Part shown: in pieces, positions 42,047-56,270 of the stretch
Numbering within the stretch: the first letter of the stretch is position 1
How the letters are laid out: each line of letters starts with the position of its first letter
Origin: an uncultured Acidobacteriota bacterium
GTDB lineage: Bacteria > Acidobacteriota > Vicinamibacteria > Vicinamibacterales > SCN-69-37
Direction of reading: 5' to 3'
Assembly: GCA_963724955.1 (NCBI GenBank)
Contig: CAVRWQ010000003.1
Location: forward strand, 159,713-223,712
Length of the DNA stretch: 64,000 bases
Translations under genes and position numbers: made by a program
Notes under the pieces: model-generated
What the model saw: the letters and a program-made list of their open reading frames with translations, nothing else
Told to the model about the DNA's origin: nothing
Databases searched by the model: none

Positions 42047-42143
42047 ATGACCTTCGTCCCTTCCTTGGACCAATCTCGGGCGTCGTCGGTTTGGCCGTCC
42101 TTCGACCTTTCCTTCGACCTTCGACCTGCCACCTTCTTCCTTC
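41941..42143. repeat. About 200-nt purine-arm / pyrimidine-arm imperfect inverted repeat (CGAAGG / CCTTCG words)
   Basis: 41941-42025 is almost all purine on the plus strand (gaaggccaaagggcgaaaggcgaaggaaaggacggaggagcgaaggg...). 42050-42143 is the pyrimidine-rich counterpart (ccttcgtcccttccttgg...gtccttcgacctttccttcgaccttcgacc...cttcttccttc). Confidence 0.75.
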
Positions 42144-42146
42144 TAT

Positions 42147-43046
42147 CTATCGGCTTTCTACGAACGTGTGATAGACCCGGATTCCCAGCTCGCGGGCGTC
42201 GCGGCCGCCGCTGGGCAGTTTGGCGGGCACGAACGTCCGGTCCACTTCGATGCGGAGCTCGGCCATGTCGCCGTTGCCGAGCTGCGCGGCGGTGATGGGG
42301 ATCTTCTGCAGCGTGATGAGACTGGACGACGCCTCGAAGGTCGTCACCACCGTGTCACCTGACGAGATGGTCACGACCTGCTTCTTGTCCGGGAAGAGAT
42401 CCGCGCGGGCGTCGAACTCGATGTAGAACAGCACGTCCTTCTTGGGATTCCTGAACGTGGACGTCGCGAGCTTCTGCGTCCACTGCCAGGTCAGCGTGGG
42501 CTCGTCGACGGCGAACTCCGACTGGTGCCAGCCGCTCTTGAACATGACGAAGATGTTCTCGGTGGACGGCAGGAGCTGCAGCGTGCCGACGCGGTACGCG
42601 CGGCCGGCCGACTCACGATTCGAGGCGTCGCCAGCCGCCTGGAGCGGCAGCCGATCCTGATCGCGATAGAGGCCCATCTCGACCGCGGCTTCGCCGAGGA
42701 ACGGGAACACCGGCACGAAGCGGGTGCGCGTGTACTGAATGGTCTGGCCCGGCTTCCATTGCGAGGTCGGCGTCGGCGGCTCGTGGTCGTCGTCCCACAT
42801 CTGCTGGCCGTCCTCGCGGACGACGTGGACGAAGACTTTGTAGTCGCCGTCGATCTTCGCGTTGGGCGCGATGTCGAAGCGATACGTCAACTCGATCGGG
42901 CTGCCGAGGGCGACGCGCACTTTGCTCGCCTGAAAGCCCACCGTGGCGACGGGCGGCGCGTCGTCGCCCGACCCACACCCGGCGATGGTCGCGACGACCG
43001 CCGCACATGCGAGCGTCTGCATGGCGCGCTGGCTTACCTGCCTCAT
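42147..43046 (-). CDS. Hypothetical lipoprotein (about 300 aa)
   Basis: Intact ORF with the lipobox '[12 protein letters not shown]'. Candidate ATGs at 43046 or 43022. No family recognised. The ORF-track extension to 43238 is unlikely to be real. Confidence 0.6.
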   Translation of the reverse strand: MRQVSQRAMQTLACAAVVATIAGCGSGDDAPPVATVGFQASKVRVALGSPIELTYRFDIAPNAKIDGDYKVFVHVVREDGQQMWDDDHEPPTPTSQWKPGQTIQYTRTRFVPVFPFLGEAAVEMGLYRDQDRLPLQAAGDASNRESAGRAYRVGTLQLLPSTENIFVMFKSGWHQSEFAVDEPTLTWQWTQKLATSTFRNPKKDVLFYIEFDARADLFPDKKQVVTISSGDTVVTTFEASSSLITLQKIPITAAQLGNGDMAELRIEVDRTFVPAKLPSGGRDARELGIRVYHTFVESR

Positions 43047-43124
43047 AACCGCGCCATCGTAACCGTATTGCTGCATGCTATTCAATATGTTAGCCTTGCG
43101 CGGATTTTTCATTTCACGATCACC

Positions 43125-43430
43125 ATGGCAGCAGACGCACTCGGCATGATCGAAACACGCGGCCTGATCGGCGCCATCGAAGCCGCCGACGCCATGGTGC
43201 AAGGCCGCCAACGTCGTCCTCATCGGCAAGGAGTACATCGGCGCCGGCTACGTGACCGTGCTCGCGCGCGGCGACGTGGCGCGGTGAAGGCCGCGACCGA
43301 TGCCGGCGCGGCAGCCGCGCGGCGCGTCGGCGAGCTCGTCTCGGTCCACGTCATTCCCCGGCCCCATGCCGACGTCGAACGCGTGCTCCCCCGCGCGCGC
43401 AGGCAACTCGAACGCCCGCGGGTAAGGTGA
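43125..43430 (+). CDS. Bacterial microcompartment shell protein, BMC-H (PduA/EutM/CcmK-type), two compensating frameshifts
   Basis: '[25 protein letters not shown]' then (shifted between ~43200 and ~43280) '[25 protein letters not shown]', then '[37 protein letters not shown]'. This is the canonical BMC-domain sequence pattern. Confidence 0.87.
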   Translation: MAADALGMIETRGLIGAIEAADAMVQGRQRRPHRQGVHRRRLRDRARARRRGAVKAATDAGAAAARRVGELVSVHVIPRPHADVERVLPRARRQLERPRVR

Positions 43431-45031
43431 ATGCCCACCACGGCCCCTGCGCCGACTGACCGCGATCTCACGTCCATTCAGGAAGCGCGCCGGCTGGCCG
43501 AGCGGGCCAAACGCGCGGCGCCGCTCGCTCGCCGAGCTCTCGCAGGAACAGATCGATCGCATCGTCGACGCGATGGCGGCCGCCACGCGGGCGCGCGCCG
43601 AGGAGTTCGCGCGTCTCGCCGTCGAAGAGACCGACGTACGGAGTGGTTGCCGACAAGATCGAGAAGAACCTGTTCTCGTCGGAGCGCGTGTACGAATTCA
43701 TCCGGCCGATGCGCACCGTGGGCGTCATCGGCCGCGACGAAGAGACGAAGGTCGTCGAGATCGCCGAGCCGTTCGGCGTCGTCGCGGCCATCGTGCCGTC
43801 GACCAATCCGACATCCACGGCCATCTACAAGATCCTGATCTCGCTCAAGGCGCGCTGCCCGATCGTCCTCAGCCCCCATCCGACGGCGGCGCGCTGCATC
43901 ACGCGCGTCGCCGAGGTCATGGCCGAGGCTGCGGCCAGGGCGGGCGCGCCCGACGGGTCGATCAACTGGATGACGGTCACGACGCTCGAGGGCACGCAGG
44001 AATTGATGAAGCATCGCGACGTCGCCGTGATCCTCGCGACGGGTGGGATGGGCCTCGTGCGCGCCGCCTACAGCGCGGGCAAGCCCGCGTACGGCGTCGG
44101 CCCGGGAAACGCGCCGTGCTATATCGAGAAGAGCGCGGACCCGGCCAAAGCCGCGAGCGACATCATCGTCGGCAAGGCGTTCGACAACGGCGTGCTGTGC
44201 TCTGCGCCGAATTCGATCGTCGTCGACAACGCCGTCGCCGACGAAGTCAAGCGCGAGCTCATCAGGCAGGGCGCGTATTTTCTCTCGACCGCCGAGGCCG
44301 GCAAGCTTGCGGCCGCGCTCGTGACGCCCCAACGGCTGCCCAATCCGAAGCTCGTCGGCAAGCCCGCGCCCTTCGTCGCGGAACAGGCCGGGTTCGCGGT
44401 GCCGGCGGCGACGCGCGTGCTCATCGCAGAGCTCGAGGGTGTCGGGCGCGACTACCCGCTGTCGATCGAGAAGCTCTGTCCGGTGCTCTCGTACTACGTG
44501 GTGGCCGACTGGCGCGAGGGCTGCGAGCGATGCATCCAGATTCTGCGCTACGGCGGCATGGGTCACACCATGTCGATTCACTCGCAGAACGATGAGGTCA
44601 TCCTCGAGTTCGGGCTGAAGAAGCCGGCCTACCGCATCGTCGTGAACACGCCGACGACGCACGGATCGATTGGCCTCACGACGGGCCTGGATCCGGCCAT
44701 GACGCTGGGCTGTGGCGGGTTCGGCGGGAACATCACGTCGGACAACATCTCGCCAAAGCATCTACTCAACATCAAGCGGCTCGCGTATGAAACGCGACCC
44801 GCCGTGATCCGCGGCGGCGTCAACGCGCCGGCCCCCAGGCCCGCGACGCCTTCCGTTGCAAACTCTTCCACTCCAGTTCTCGTCGAATTCGTGTGTGAGG
44901 AAGACGTGAAGCAGGCTATCCGGCAGGGACGCAAGATTGTGATCGGCGAACGCACCATTGTCACGCCGTCCGCGCGCGATCTGGCCGAGGAGCACCGCGT
45001 CTTCGTCCCGGCCGCATGGCCTCGGGCATAG
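43431..45031 (+). CDS. Acylating (CoA-dependent) aldehyde dehydrogenase, EutE/PduP-like, with a C-terminal extension (2 N-terminal frameshifts)
   Basis: 'SIQEARRLAERAK', 'LAELSQEQIDRIVDAMAAA', 'GVVADKIEKNLFSSE', 'EPFGVVAAIVPSTNPTSTAIYKILISLKARCPIVLSPHP', catalytic Cys context 'KAFDNGVLCSAPNSIVV' and 'GMGHTMSIHS'. Then a Pro/Ala linker and the about 45-aa tail 'VLVEFVCEEDVKQAIRQGRKIVIGERTIVTPSARDLAEEHRVFV'. Confidence 0.88.
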
Positions 45032-45092
45032 ACATGTGCGTACCCTGCGGCACCCTGTTTGCAATGACAGCACCTCGACCCTAAGAAAAACG

Positions 45093-46778
45093 ATGCAGAA
45101 ACTGCCCCGACCGCTCGTCGTGTTGCTCACCGGCTGGCTGATCGGGTGCGGTCCCAAAGTTCCTCCTCCTGCTGCCGCTCCGCCGCCGCCCAAGCCTCAC
45201 GAGTTCCCGGTCGTCCCCTTCTCGGGCATCTCCGTCGCCCCCGAGATCGCCGTGGTGCCGGATCGCGTCGCGGGGCTCATCGCCACCGTCGAGGCGAAGT
45301 TCGCGGCCGGGCGTGCGGAATGGGATCGCGGACGGCTCGCCGCGGCCCGCGAGCACTTCGACAGCGCGGTCGAGTTCATGCTGAGCCTGCCGGGCGGCGC
45401 GCGCAGCGAGCCGCGGCTCCAGGCCGAGTTCGATCACCTGCTCGACCGCATCAGCGCGCTCGAGTTGCTGGCACTCCGCGAAGGCGACGGCACGACCGAG
45501 TCGAAGTCGGTGCCGGCCGCGATCGACGAGCTCCTGACGGAAGGGATGTTCGAGCCGCCGGCGCCGGCGGCGACCACCGCCGAAACCGTGGCCGCCGATC
45601 TCGCGCGCACGCCGCACGACCTGCCCATCACGGTCAACACCCAGGTGCTGTCGTACGTCGAGCTGTTCCAGGGCCGGCTGCACGACTTCATGCAGGCCGG
45701 CCTCGATCGCGCGCAGCGGTACATCCCGATGATCGAGCAGGTCTTCAAGAGCGAAGGCCTGCCGCTCGACCTCGCCTACATGCCGCTCGTGGAAAGCGCG
45801 TTCAAGACGAATGCGCTCTCGCGAGCGAGCGCTCGCGGCATGTGGCAGTTCATGCTCGGCACCGCGAAGGATCACGGCATGGACCAGACGTGGTTCATCG
45901 ACGAGCGGTCCGATCCCGAGAAAGCCACGCGCGCCGCGGCGCAGTACCTCAAGACGCTCCACGGGATGTTCGACGGCGATTGGCTCTTCGCGCTGGCGAG
46001 CTACAACGCCGGTCCGGGCCGCCTGCAGGGCGCCGTGAGACGGTCCAAATCGACGGACTACTGGAAGATCACGGCCAGCACGCGCTATCTCCCGCGTGAG
46101 ACGCGCGAGTACGTCCCGATGATGTTCGCGGCGATGATCATCGCCAGGAATCCGACGCTCTACGGCTTCACGGTCGGCGCCAGCGCGCCGCTGGCGTACG
46201 AGACGGTCACGGTCCCCGGCGCGCTGCCGCTCGCGACGATCGCCGAGTGGGTCGAGCTCGAGGCCGAGCACCTTCAGGATCTCAACCCCGAGCTGCGGCG
46301 CACCACGACGCCGATGACGAGCCACACGCTGAAGGTGCCGATTGGCACGGCGCCGACGATTCACGCGCGCCTCGCGACGCTCGACGCCGCCGAGTTCCGT
46401 ACGTTCAGGTTCCACACCGTGAAGCGGGGCGAGACCCTCGCGACGATCGCGCGCCGCTACGGCATGACGTCACGGCAGCTCCGCGACGCGAATGACATGA
46501 GCACGACGAAGGTCGCGCGCAACCAGACGCTCATGATTCCGCAGCGGCCAACGGCCGGCCTTCCCGCCTCTCCGGCCGCCCGGACCACCACGGCAACCGC
46601 CGCGTCCCGGCCGGTCGCCGGCGCCGCGCCCGTGGCTCAGACGTATCGCGTGCGCCAGGGCGACACGCTCATCAGCATCGCGCGCCAGTTCGACACGTCG
46701 GTCGACCAGCTCAAGCACCTCAATCGGCTGGCGAGCGACAGGATCAAAACAGGAGACAGGCTCACCGTACGACGGTAG
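45093..46778 (+). CDS. mltD: Membrane-bound lytic murein transglycosylase D-like lipoprotein (SLT domain plus 2 LysM)
   Basis: The ATG at 45093 gives 'MQKLPRPLVVLLTGWLIGCG' (lipobox). SLT motifs 'YMPLVESAFKTNALSRASARGMWQFM' and 'ALASYNAGPGRL'. LysM repeats 'HTVKRGETLATIARRYGMTSRQLRDAN' and 'YRVRQGDTLISIARQFDTSVDQLKHLN'. Intact. Confidence 0.85.
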   Translation: MQKLPRPLVVLLTGWLIGCGPKVPPPAAAPPPPKPHEFPVVPFSGISVAPEIAVVPDRVAGLIATVEAKFAAGRAEWDRGRLAAAREHFDSAVEFMLSLPGGARSEPRLQAEFDHLLDRISALELLALREGDGTTESKSVPAAIDELLTEGMFEPPAPAATTAETVAADLARTPHDLPITVNTQVLSYVELFQGRLHDFMQAGLDRAQRYIPMIEQVFKSEGLPLDLAYMPLVESAFKTNALSRASARGMWQFMLGTAKDHGMDQTWFIDERSDPEKATRAAAQYLKTLHGMFDGDWLFALASYNAGPGRLQGAVRRSKSTDYWKITASTRYLPRETREYVPMMFAAMIIARNPTLYGFTVGASAPLAYETVTVPGALPLATIAEWVELEAEHLQDLNPELRRTTTPMTSHTLKVPIGTAPTIHARLATLDAAEFRTFRFHTVKRGETLATIARRYGMTSRQLRDANDMSTTKVARNQTLMIPQRPTAGLPASPAARTTTATAASRPVAGAAPVAQTYRVRQGDTLISIARQFDTSVDQLKHLNRLASDRIKTGDRLTVRR

Positions 46779-46788
46779 ACACGAGTCC

Positions 46789-46885
46789 AGGTTCCGGGGT
46801 TCCGGGGTTCGGGTTCGCAGAAAGTGCAATACGTCAATTCCCGCACCCTTGCAATTCCTGCAATCTGAAATCGCAATTCGCTGAA
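46789..46885. repeat. Direct short-word repeats: GGTTCCGGG x2-3 followed by about 5 TGCAAT(T/C)-type words at about 10-12-nt spacing
   Basis: ggttccggggttccggggttcgggttcg, then gtgcaatacgtcaattcccgcacccttgcaattcctgcaatctgaaatcgcaattcgc. Lies between mltD and yifB. No inverted partner was seen. Confidence 0.65.
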
Positions 46886-46922
46886 TCTCGGCCATATCCG
46901 CGTTGGCAGCACGCTTGCTCGG

Positions 46923-48458
46923 TTGAGCAGTGTGCTCGCGCGTCTCTCGGCCGCCGCGGTCTCCGGCGTTGACGCGATTCCCGTCTCCGTTGAGGTCGAT
47001 GTCTCCCCCGGCGGCTTGCCGGGCGTGACGATGGTCGGGCTGCCGGACACGACAGTCCGGGAGAGCCGCGACCGCGTGCGCACGGCGATCCGCAACTCCG
47101 GTTTCCCGTTTCCGTCGTCTCGCGTGACGGTCAGCCTCGCGCCTGCGGATCTCAAGAAAGTTGGCGCCGCGTTCGATCTGCCGATCGCGCTCGCCATCCT
47201 CGCGGCGTCGGGCGTGCTTCCCCATCGCGAAGAGAAGCGATTCGTCATCGTCGGCGGCGTGTCGCTCGACGGCAGCATTCCGCCGATGCGCGGCCTGCTG
47301 CCGATCGCCGTCGCCGCACGAGCCGCGCCGGCCGGGATCATGTTCCCTGCCGCGAATCACCAGGAAGCGAGCATCGTCGAAGGTCTGCGGCTGTTTCCCG
47401 TGCGAACGCTCATGGATGCCGCGCGGGTGCTCTGCTCCCCAGATGCGAAGCCCTCGGCGGGGGCGCCCGCGGAGGAGGCAGCCGACCCGGCACCGATCGA
47501 GGACCTTGCCGACGTGCGCGGACAACTGGCCGGCCGGCGCGCGCTCGAGATCGCGGCCGCCGGCGCCCACCACCTGCTCTTCAGCGGTCCGCCGGGCACT
47601 GGCAAGACGATGCTCGCGCGCCGGCTGCCCGGGCTGCTCCCTCCACCAGGCTTCGACGAGGCGCTCGCGATCACGACGATCTACTCGGTTGCCGGACTCC
47701 TCGCGCCCGGTGTCGGGCTGATGCGCGCCCGGCCCTTCCGCGCGCCGCATCACACGTGCTCGGACGTCGCGCTGGTCGGCGGGGGCAGTTCCCCGCGTCC
47801 GGGCGAGCTCAGCCTCGCGCACGCCGGCGTGCTCTTTCTCGACGAGCTGCCGGAGTTCAGCCGCCGCGTGCTCGAGACGCTCCGGCAGCCGCTCGAGCAG
47901 GGCGTGGTCCACATCGCGCGCGCGGCGCGGTCGGTCACCTTCCCCGCGCGCGTCATGCTCGTCGGCGCGATGAATCCGTGTCCATGCGGCTATTACGGGA
48001 GCCCGTCGCGGACGTGCCGATGTCCGCCGGCCGCGGTGGACCAATACTGTCGACGCCTCTCCGGGCCCCTCCACGACCGGTTCGATCTGAGCGTGGAGCT
48101 CCAGCCGGTCCCCTGGCGCGACCTCCGGCAGGCCGGGGATGGCGAGCCTACCTCGGACGTCCGCGGCCGGGTCGAGCGCGCCAGGACGGCGCAGGTCGAT
48201 CGGCAGGGGTGCCTCAACGCGACGCTCGAGGGCCGGTCCTTACAGCGAATCTGCCGACTGGCCGATAAGGCAGCTGAAAGCCTCCTCAGCCGGGGCGTGT
48301 CGCGACTGGGCCTGAGCGTCCGTGGCGTCGCACGCGTCCTGCGGGTCGCCCGGACCGTTGCCGATTTGGAAGGAAACGGGGGTCTGGAAGGCCGGCATGT
48401 GGCAGAAGCCTTGCACTTTAGACTCCCCGATACGACAGGCGTTCGTTCAAAAGTGTAA
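46923..48458 (+). CDS. yifB: YifB/ComM-family Mg-chelatase-like AAA+ ATPase
   Basis: Intact 511-aa ORF. 'GVDAIPVSVEVDVSPGGLPGVTMVGLPDTTVRESRDRV', 'DLPIALAILAASG', Walker A 'LLFSGPPGTGKTMLARRL', 'GVLFLDELPEF' and 'LVGAMNPCPCGY'. Confidence 0.92.
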   Translation: MSSVLARLSAAAVSGVDAIPVSVEVDVSPGGLPGVTMVGLPDTTVRESRDRVRTAIRNSGFPFPSSRVTVSLAPADLKKVGAAFDLPIALAILAASGVLPHREEKRFVIVGGVSLDGSIPPMRGLLPIAVAARAAPAGIMFPAANHQEASIVEGLRLFPVRTLMDAARVLCSPDAKPSAGAPAEEAADPAPIEDLADVRGQLAGRRALEIAAAGAHHLLFSGPPGTGKTMLARRLPGLLPPPGFDEALAITTIYSVAGLLAPGVGLMRARPFRAPHHTCSDVALVGGGSSPRPGELSLAHAGVLFLDELPEFSRRVLETLRQPLEQGVVHIARAARSVTFPARVMLVGAMNPCPCGYYGSPSRTCRCPPAAVDQYCRRLSGPLHDRFDLSVELQPVPWRDLRQAGDGEPTSDVRGRVERARTAQVDRQGCLNATLEGRSLQRICRLADKAAESLLSRGVSRLGLSVRGVARVLRVARTVADLEGNGGLEGRHVAEALHFRLPDTTGVRSKV

Positions 48459-48546
48459 AAACGGTAGCGGCCCCGGCGGCCGTGTGGTAGATTCCCAAAG
48501 TTTTAGGGTGACTCTACCGCCACGGCGTCGGGTCCCAGGGTCTTGA

Positions 48547-49437
48547 ATGCGAGCGACGCGTTACACAATTCTCGTTGCGAACCGAAAAACGGGGGCCGTC
48601 CGCCGGCTGACCCTGTCCCGGCGTGCCGCCCTGACGGGCGCCATGTCGCTGTTCGTGCTCCCCTTGCTCGTCGGTCTGGGCTCGGGCGGGGCCACTCAGG
48701 CGGAGCTTCGAATCCTTCGATCTGCCAACGAATCGCTCAGGCTTGAAAACGACAGCTATCGAGAAGCGACCGGCGAGCTGACGGAGCAGATTGCCTCGCT
48801 TCAGACGGCGCTCGCCCAGTTGGGGGAGCACGTCGAGCTGGACCCGGCGACGCGGCAGGCCATCGAGCAACTGGCTCGCACGCGGGCCACGGGCGGCAGC
48901 TCAAACCCGGCGGTAGCGGCTGCGGCCGCCGCGAGCAAGGCCGTGCCCGAGGGCACGTTCGGGATTCTGAGGGATCTGCTCGGCTCGCTCGAAAGCCGCC
49001 TGGCGTCGGTCCGGACGCAGGTCGAGAACCAGCAGGCGTTCGGCCGGTCCACGCCGTCTACCTGGCCCATCGTCGGCTGGCTCACGTCGGGCTTTGGGAA
49101 CCGCCGGGACCCGTTCACCGGCCAGCCGGACTTCCACACCGGGCTCGACATCTCGGCGCAGTACGGCACGCCGATCCGCGCGACCGCGGACGGCAGGGTT
49201 GAGTCCGCGGGCTACAGCGGCAACTACGGCAACGCCGTCGTCGTGAGCCATGGCTACGGCATCTCGACGCGGTTCGGCCACCTCTCCCGATTCGCCTCGC
49301 GAGTCGGCCAGCGGGTCAAGCGCGGCGAGGTCATCGGCTACGTCGGCGCCACCGGGCGCGCGACCAGCTCGCACCTGCACTACGAAATCCTCATGAACGG
49401 CCAGCCAATCAACCCGCTGCGACTCTTGACACGCTGA
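48547..49437 (+). CDS. M23-family metallopeptidase with an N-terminal TM and coiled coil (EnvC-like)
   Basis: Intact 296-aa ORF. 'FGNRRDPFTGQPDFHTGLDISAQYGTPIRATADGRV', 'GNAVVVSHGYGISTRFGHLS' and 'GATGRATSSHLHYEI'. Confidence 0.9.
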   Translation: MRATRYTILVANRKTGAVRRLTLSRRAALTGAMSLFVLPLLVGLGSGGATQAELRILRSANESLRLENDSYREATGELTEQIASLQTALAQLGEHVELDPATRQAIEQLARTRATGGSSNPAVAAAAAASKAVPEGTFGILRDLLGSLESRLASVRTQVENQQAFGRSTPSTWPIVGWLTSGFGNRRDPFTGQPDFHTGLDISAQYGTPIRATADGRVESAGYSGNYGNAVVVSHGYGISTRFGHLSRFASRVGQRVKRGEVIGYVGATGRATSSHLHYEILMNGQPINPLRLLTR

Positions 49438-49440
49438 TCA

Positions 49441-49572
49441 GCAAGTACCAAGTACCAACGACACATCGAACCAATCAAACCCTCCTCCTCGACCCACAAG
49501 AGCCTGACTGCACTTGCTTTGCGACAAGCAAGCTCTTAATTGGTTCGATGTCATTGGCGCGATGGTACTTGC
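49441..49572. repeat. Nested long hairpin upstream of secA (GTACCAA / TTGGTAC and CGAACCAAT / ATTGGTTCG words)
   Basis: Left arm gcaagtaccaagtaccaacgacacatcgaaccaat (49441-49475). Right arm attggttcgatgtcattggcgcgatggtacttgc (49539-49572). The inner hairpin is cttgct ttgcgaca agcaag. An extra copy cattggttcgatg follows. Confidence 0.7.
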
Positions 49573-49671
49573 CATTGGTTCGATGTTAATTTGCTAATAT
49601 GGTTGGAATATCCGTCTCCCAAGTGGCCCTGCCGTAGGGTCTGACTCGAGGCGGATCCCGTCCATAGCGGC

Positions 49672-52605
<2,934 letters not shown>

Positions 52606-52651
52606 TTTGGGAACTCTCGAACTGACTGATCGGTTGCGGGCGGCGGCACAG

Positions 52652-54570
<1,919 letters not shown>

Positions 54571-56160
54571 TGGCGCGGACACGGGCTTCTTGCGCCGCGC
54601 GGTGAGATCCAGGACCGCTTCGCCCAGTCGATCGACGATGTCGCTGGCGATGAGGCCGACCTCGCCTTCGTCGGCTTCGGCGAGATCGCCCGCGAGCCCG
54701 TGCAGGTAGACCGCGAGCTTCGCGGCGGCTTCGGCGTCGAGCAACTGCCCCATCCAGGCGGCCAGCGCGCCGGTGAGCACGTCGCCGGTGCCGGCCGTCG
54801 CCATCCCGGCATTGCCCGTCAGGTTGATGAAGGTCCGTCCCTCCGGCGTCGCGACGATCGTGCGGTGGCCCTTCAGCACCACGTGCACGCGATGTGTGGT
54901 CGCGAAATCGCGCGCCACGTCGAGCCGGTGCTTCTGCATCTCTTCGATCGGCGAGCCCGGTGAGGCTCGCCATCTCGCCCGGATGCGGCGTGATGATCAG
55001 GTCGACGCCATCGCGGCCCGGCGAGCCGGCCGGGCTCGCCGCGCGAAGGCGTGAATCGCGTCGGCGTCGAGGACGAGCGGCACGCCGCACCGCTCGACGA
55101 GTCCCTGCACGAACGCCCCGACCTCCGGCGATCGCCCCAGGCCCGGTCCGACCGCGATCACGTCCGCGCCGAACGCCGAGAGGACGTCATCGATCGCGCC
55201 GGCCACGACGCGGCCGTGCTCGTCTTCCGGCAAGCGCGAGCGTCATGTACTCGGCGCCGAGCGCCGCGACGATCGGCAGACACGACGCCGGCGTCGCGAC
55301 CGTGACGAGACCCGCGCCGGACCGCAGCGCCGCCAGCGCGGCGAGCGCTGCGGCGCCGGTCTTGCCCGCGCGATCCCGCCACGATCACGCACGCGGCCGT
55401 AGTCGCCCTTGTGCGAGTCCTGCGGAGCGGGGCTCGACGAGCGCCCGCATCGACGTCTCGCGTCAGCATCTCGACCCAGGGACCGCCGATGTCGGAGATG
55501 ACCGTCTCGGGAATGCCGATGTCGGCAATGACGAGCTTGCCGGCGAGCGTCTCGCCGGGCGGCAGCACGAGCGGAAGCTTCGGCGCGCCGAGCGTGACGG
55601 TCAGCGCGGCGCTGCACGGCCGGGCCGACGACCTCGGGCCGATCCGCCGACAGGCCGCTCGGCAGATCGATCGCCACGACCGGCCGTCCCGCCGAGTTCA
55701 CGTCGGCGACGACCGTTTCCATGAGCCCGCCGAGCGGCCGCGTTCAGGCCGGTCCCGACGAGCGCGTCGACGATGAGGTCGGCGCCGAGCACGTCGGTGC
55801 CGTGCAGCTCCCAGGCCGCCGCGTCGGCGATCTCGACGACGTCGAGACCGAGATGCCTGAGCACGTCGAGATTGGTCCGCGCGTCGCCCTTCACGCTCGC
55901 CGCTTCACCGAGGAGATACACGGCGACGTCGATCTCGCGCTCGCAGCAGCGTGCGCGCGACGACGAACCCGTCGCCGCCGTTGTTGCCGCGGCCGCACAG
56001 CGACGGCGACGCGCATCGACGCGAGCGTCTCGAACGTCGACTCCATCGCGGCGACGACCTGACGGCCGGCGTTCTCCATCAGCACGATCGACGGGATGCC
56101 GATCTCTTCGATCGTCCGCCGATCGGCTTCGCGCATCTGCTGTGTGTTGAGCACCCGCAC
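54571..56160 (-). CDS. nnr: Bifunctional NAD(P)H-hydrate repair enzyme Nnr (epimerase plus ADP-dependent dehydratase), about 6 frameshifts; 3' boundary with tsaE unclear
   Basis: 'MRVLNTQQMREADRRTIEEIGIPSIVLMENAG', 'LIVDALVGTGL', 'VVAIDLPSGL', 'HKGDYGRV', 'VIAVGPGLG', 'PLVLDADA' and 'VVLKGHRTIVATPEGRTFINLTGNAGMATAGTGDVLTGALAAWMGQ'. Confidence 0.85.
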
Positions 56161-56198
56161 GACAGCCGGAGCCTATCGCGTGTGCTAGACTCGCGCAA

Positions 56199-56249
56199 GG
56201 TCGACAGGTCGACGGTACGACAGTCGACAGGTCGACGTACGGTACGGCC
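56199..56249. repeat. Tandem GTCGACAG / GGTACGACA word array in the divergent nnr / aminotransferase spacer
   Basis: aggtcgacaggtcgacggtacgacagtcgacaggtcgacgtacggtacgg. It contains four palindromic GTCGAC sites. The word is related to the arrays at 19277 and 27336. Confidence 0.75.
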
Positions 56250-56270
56250 AGAGCGCAGAGTCCACTCACG

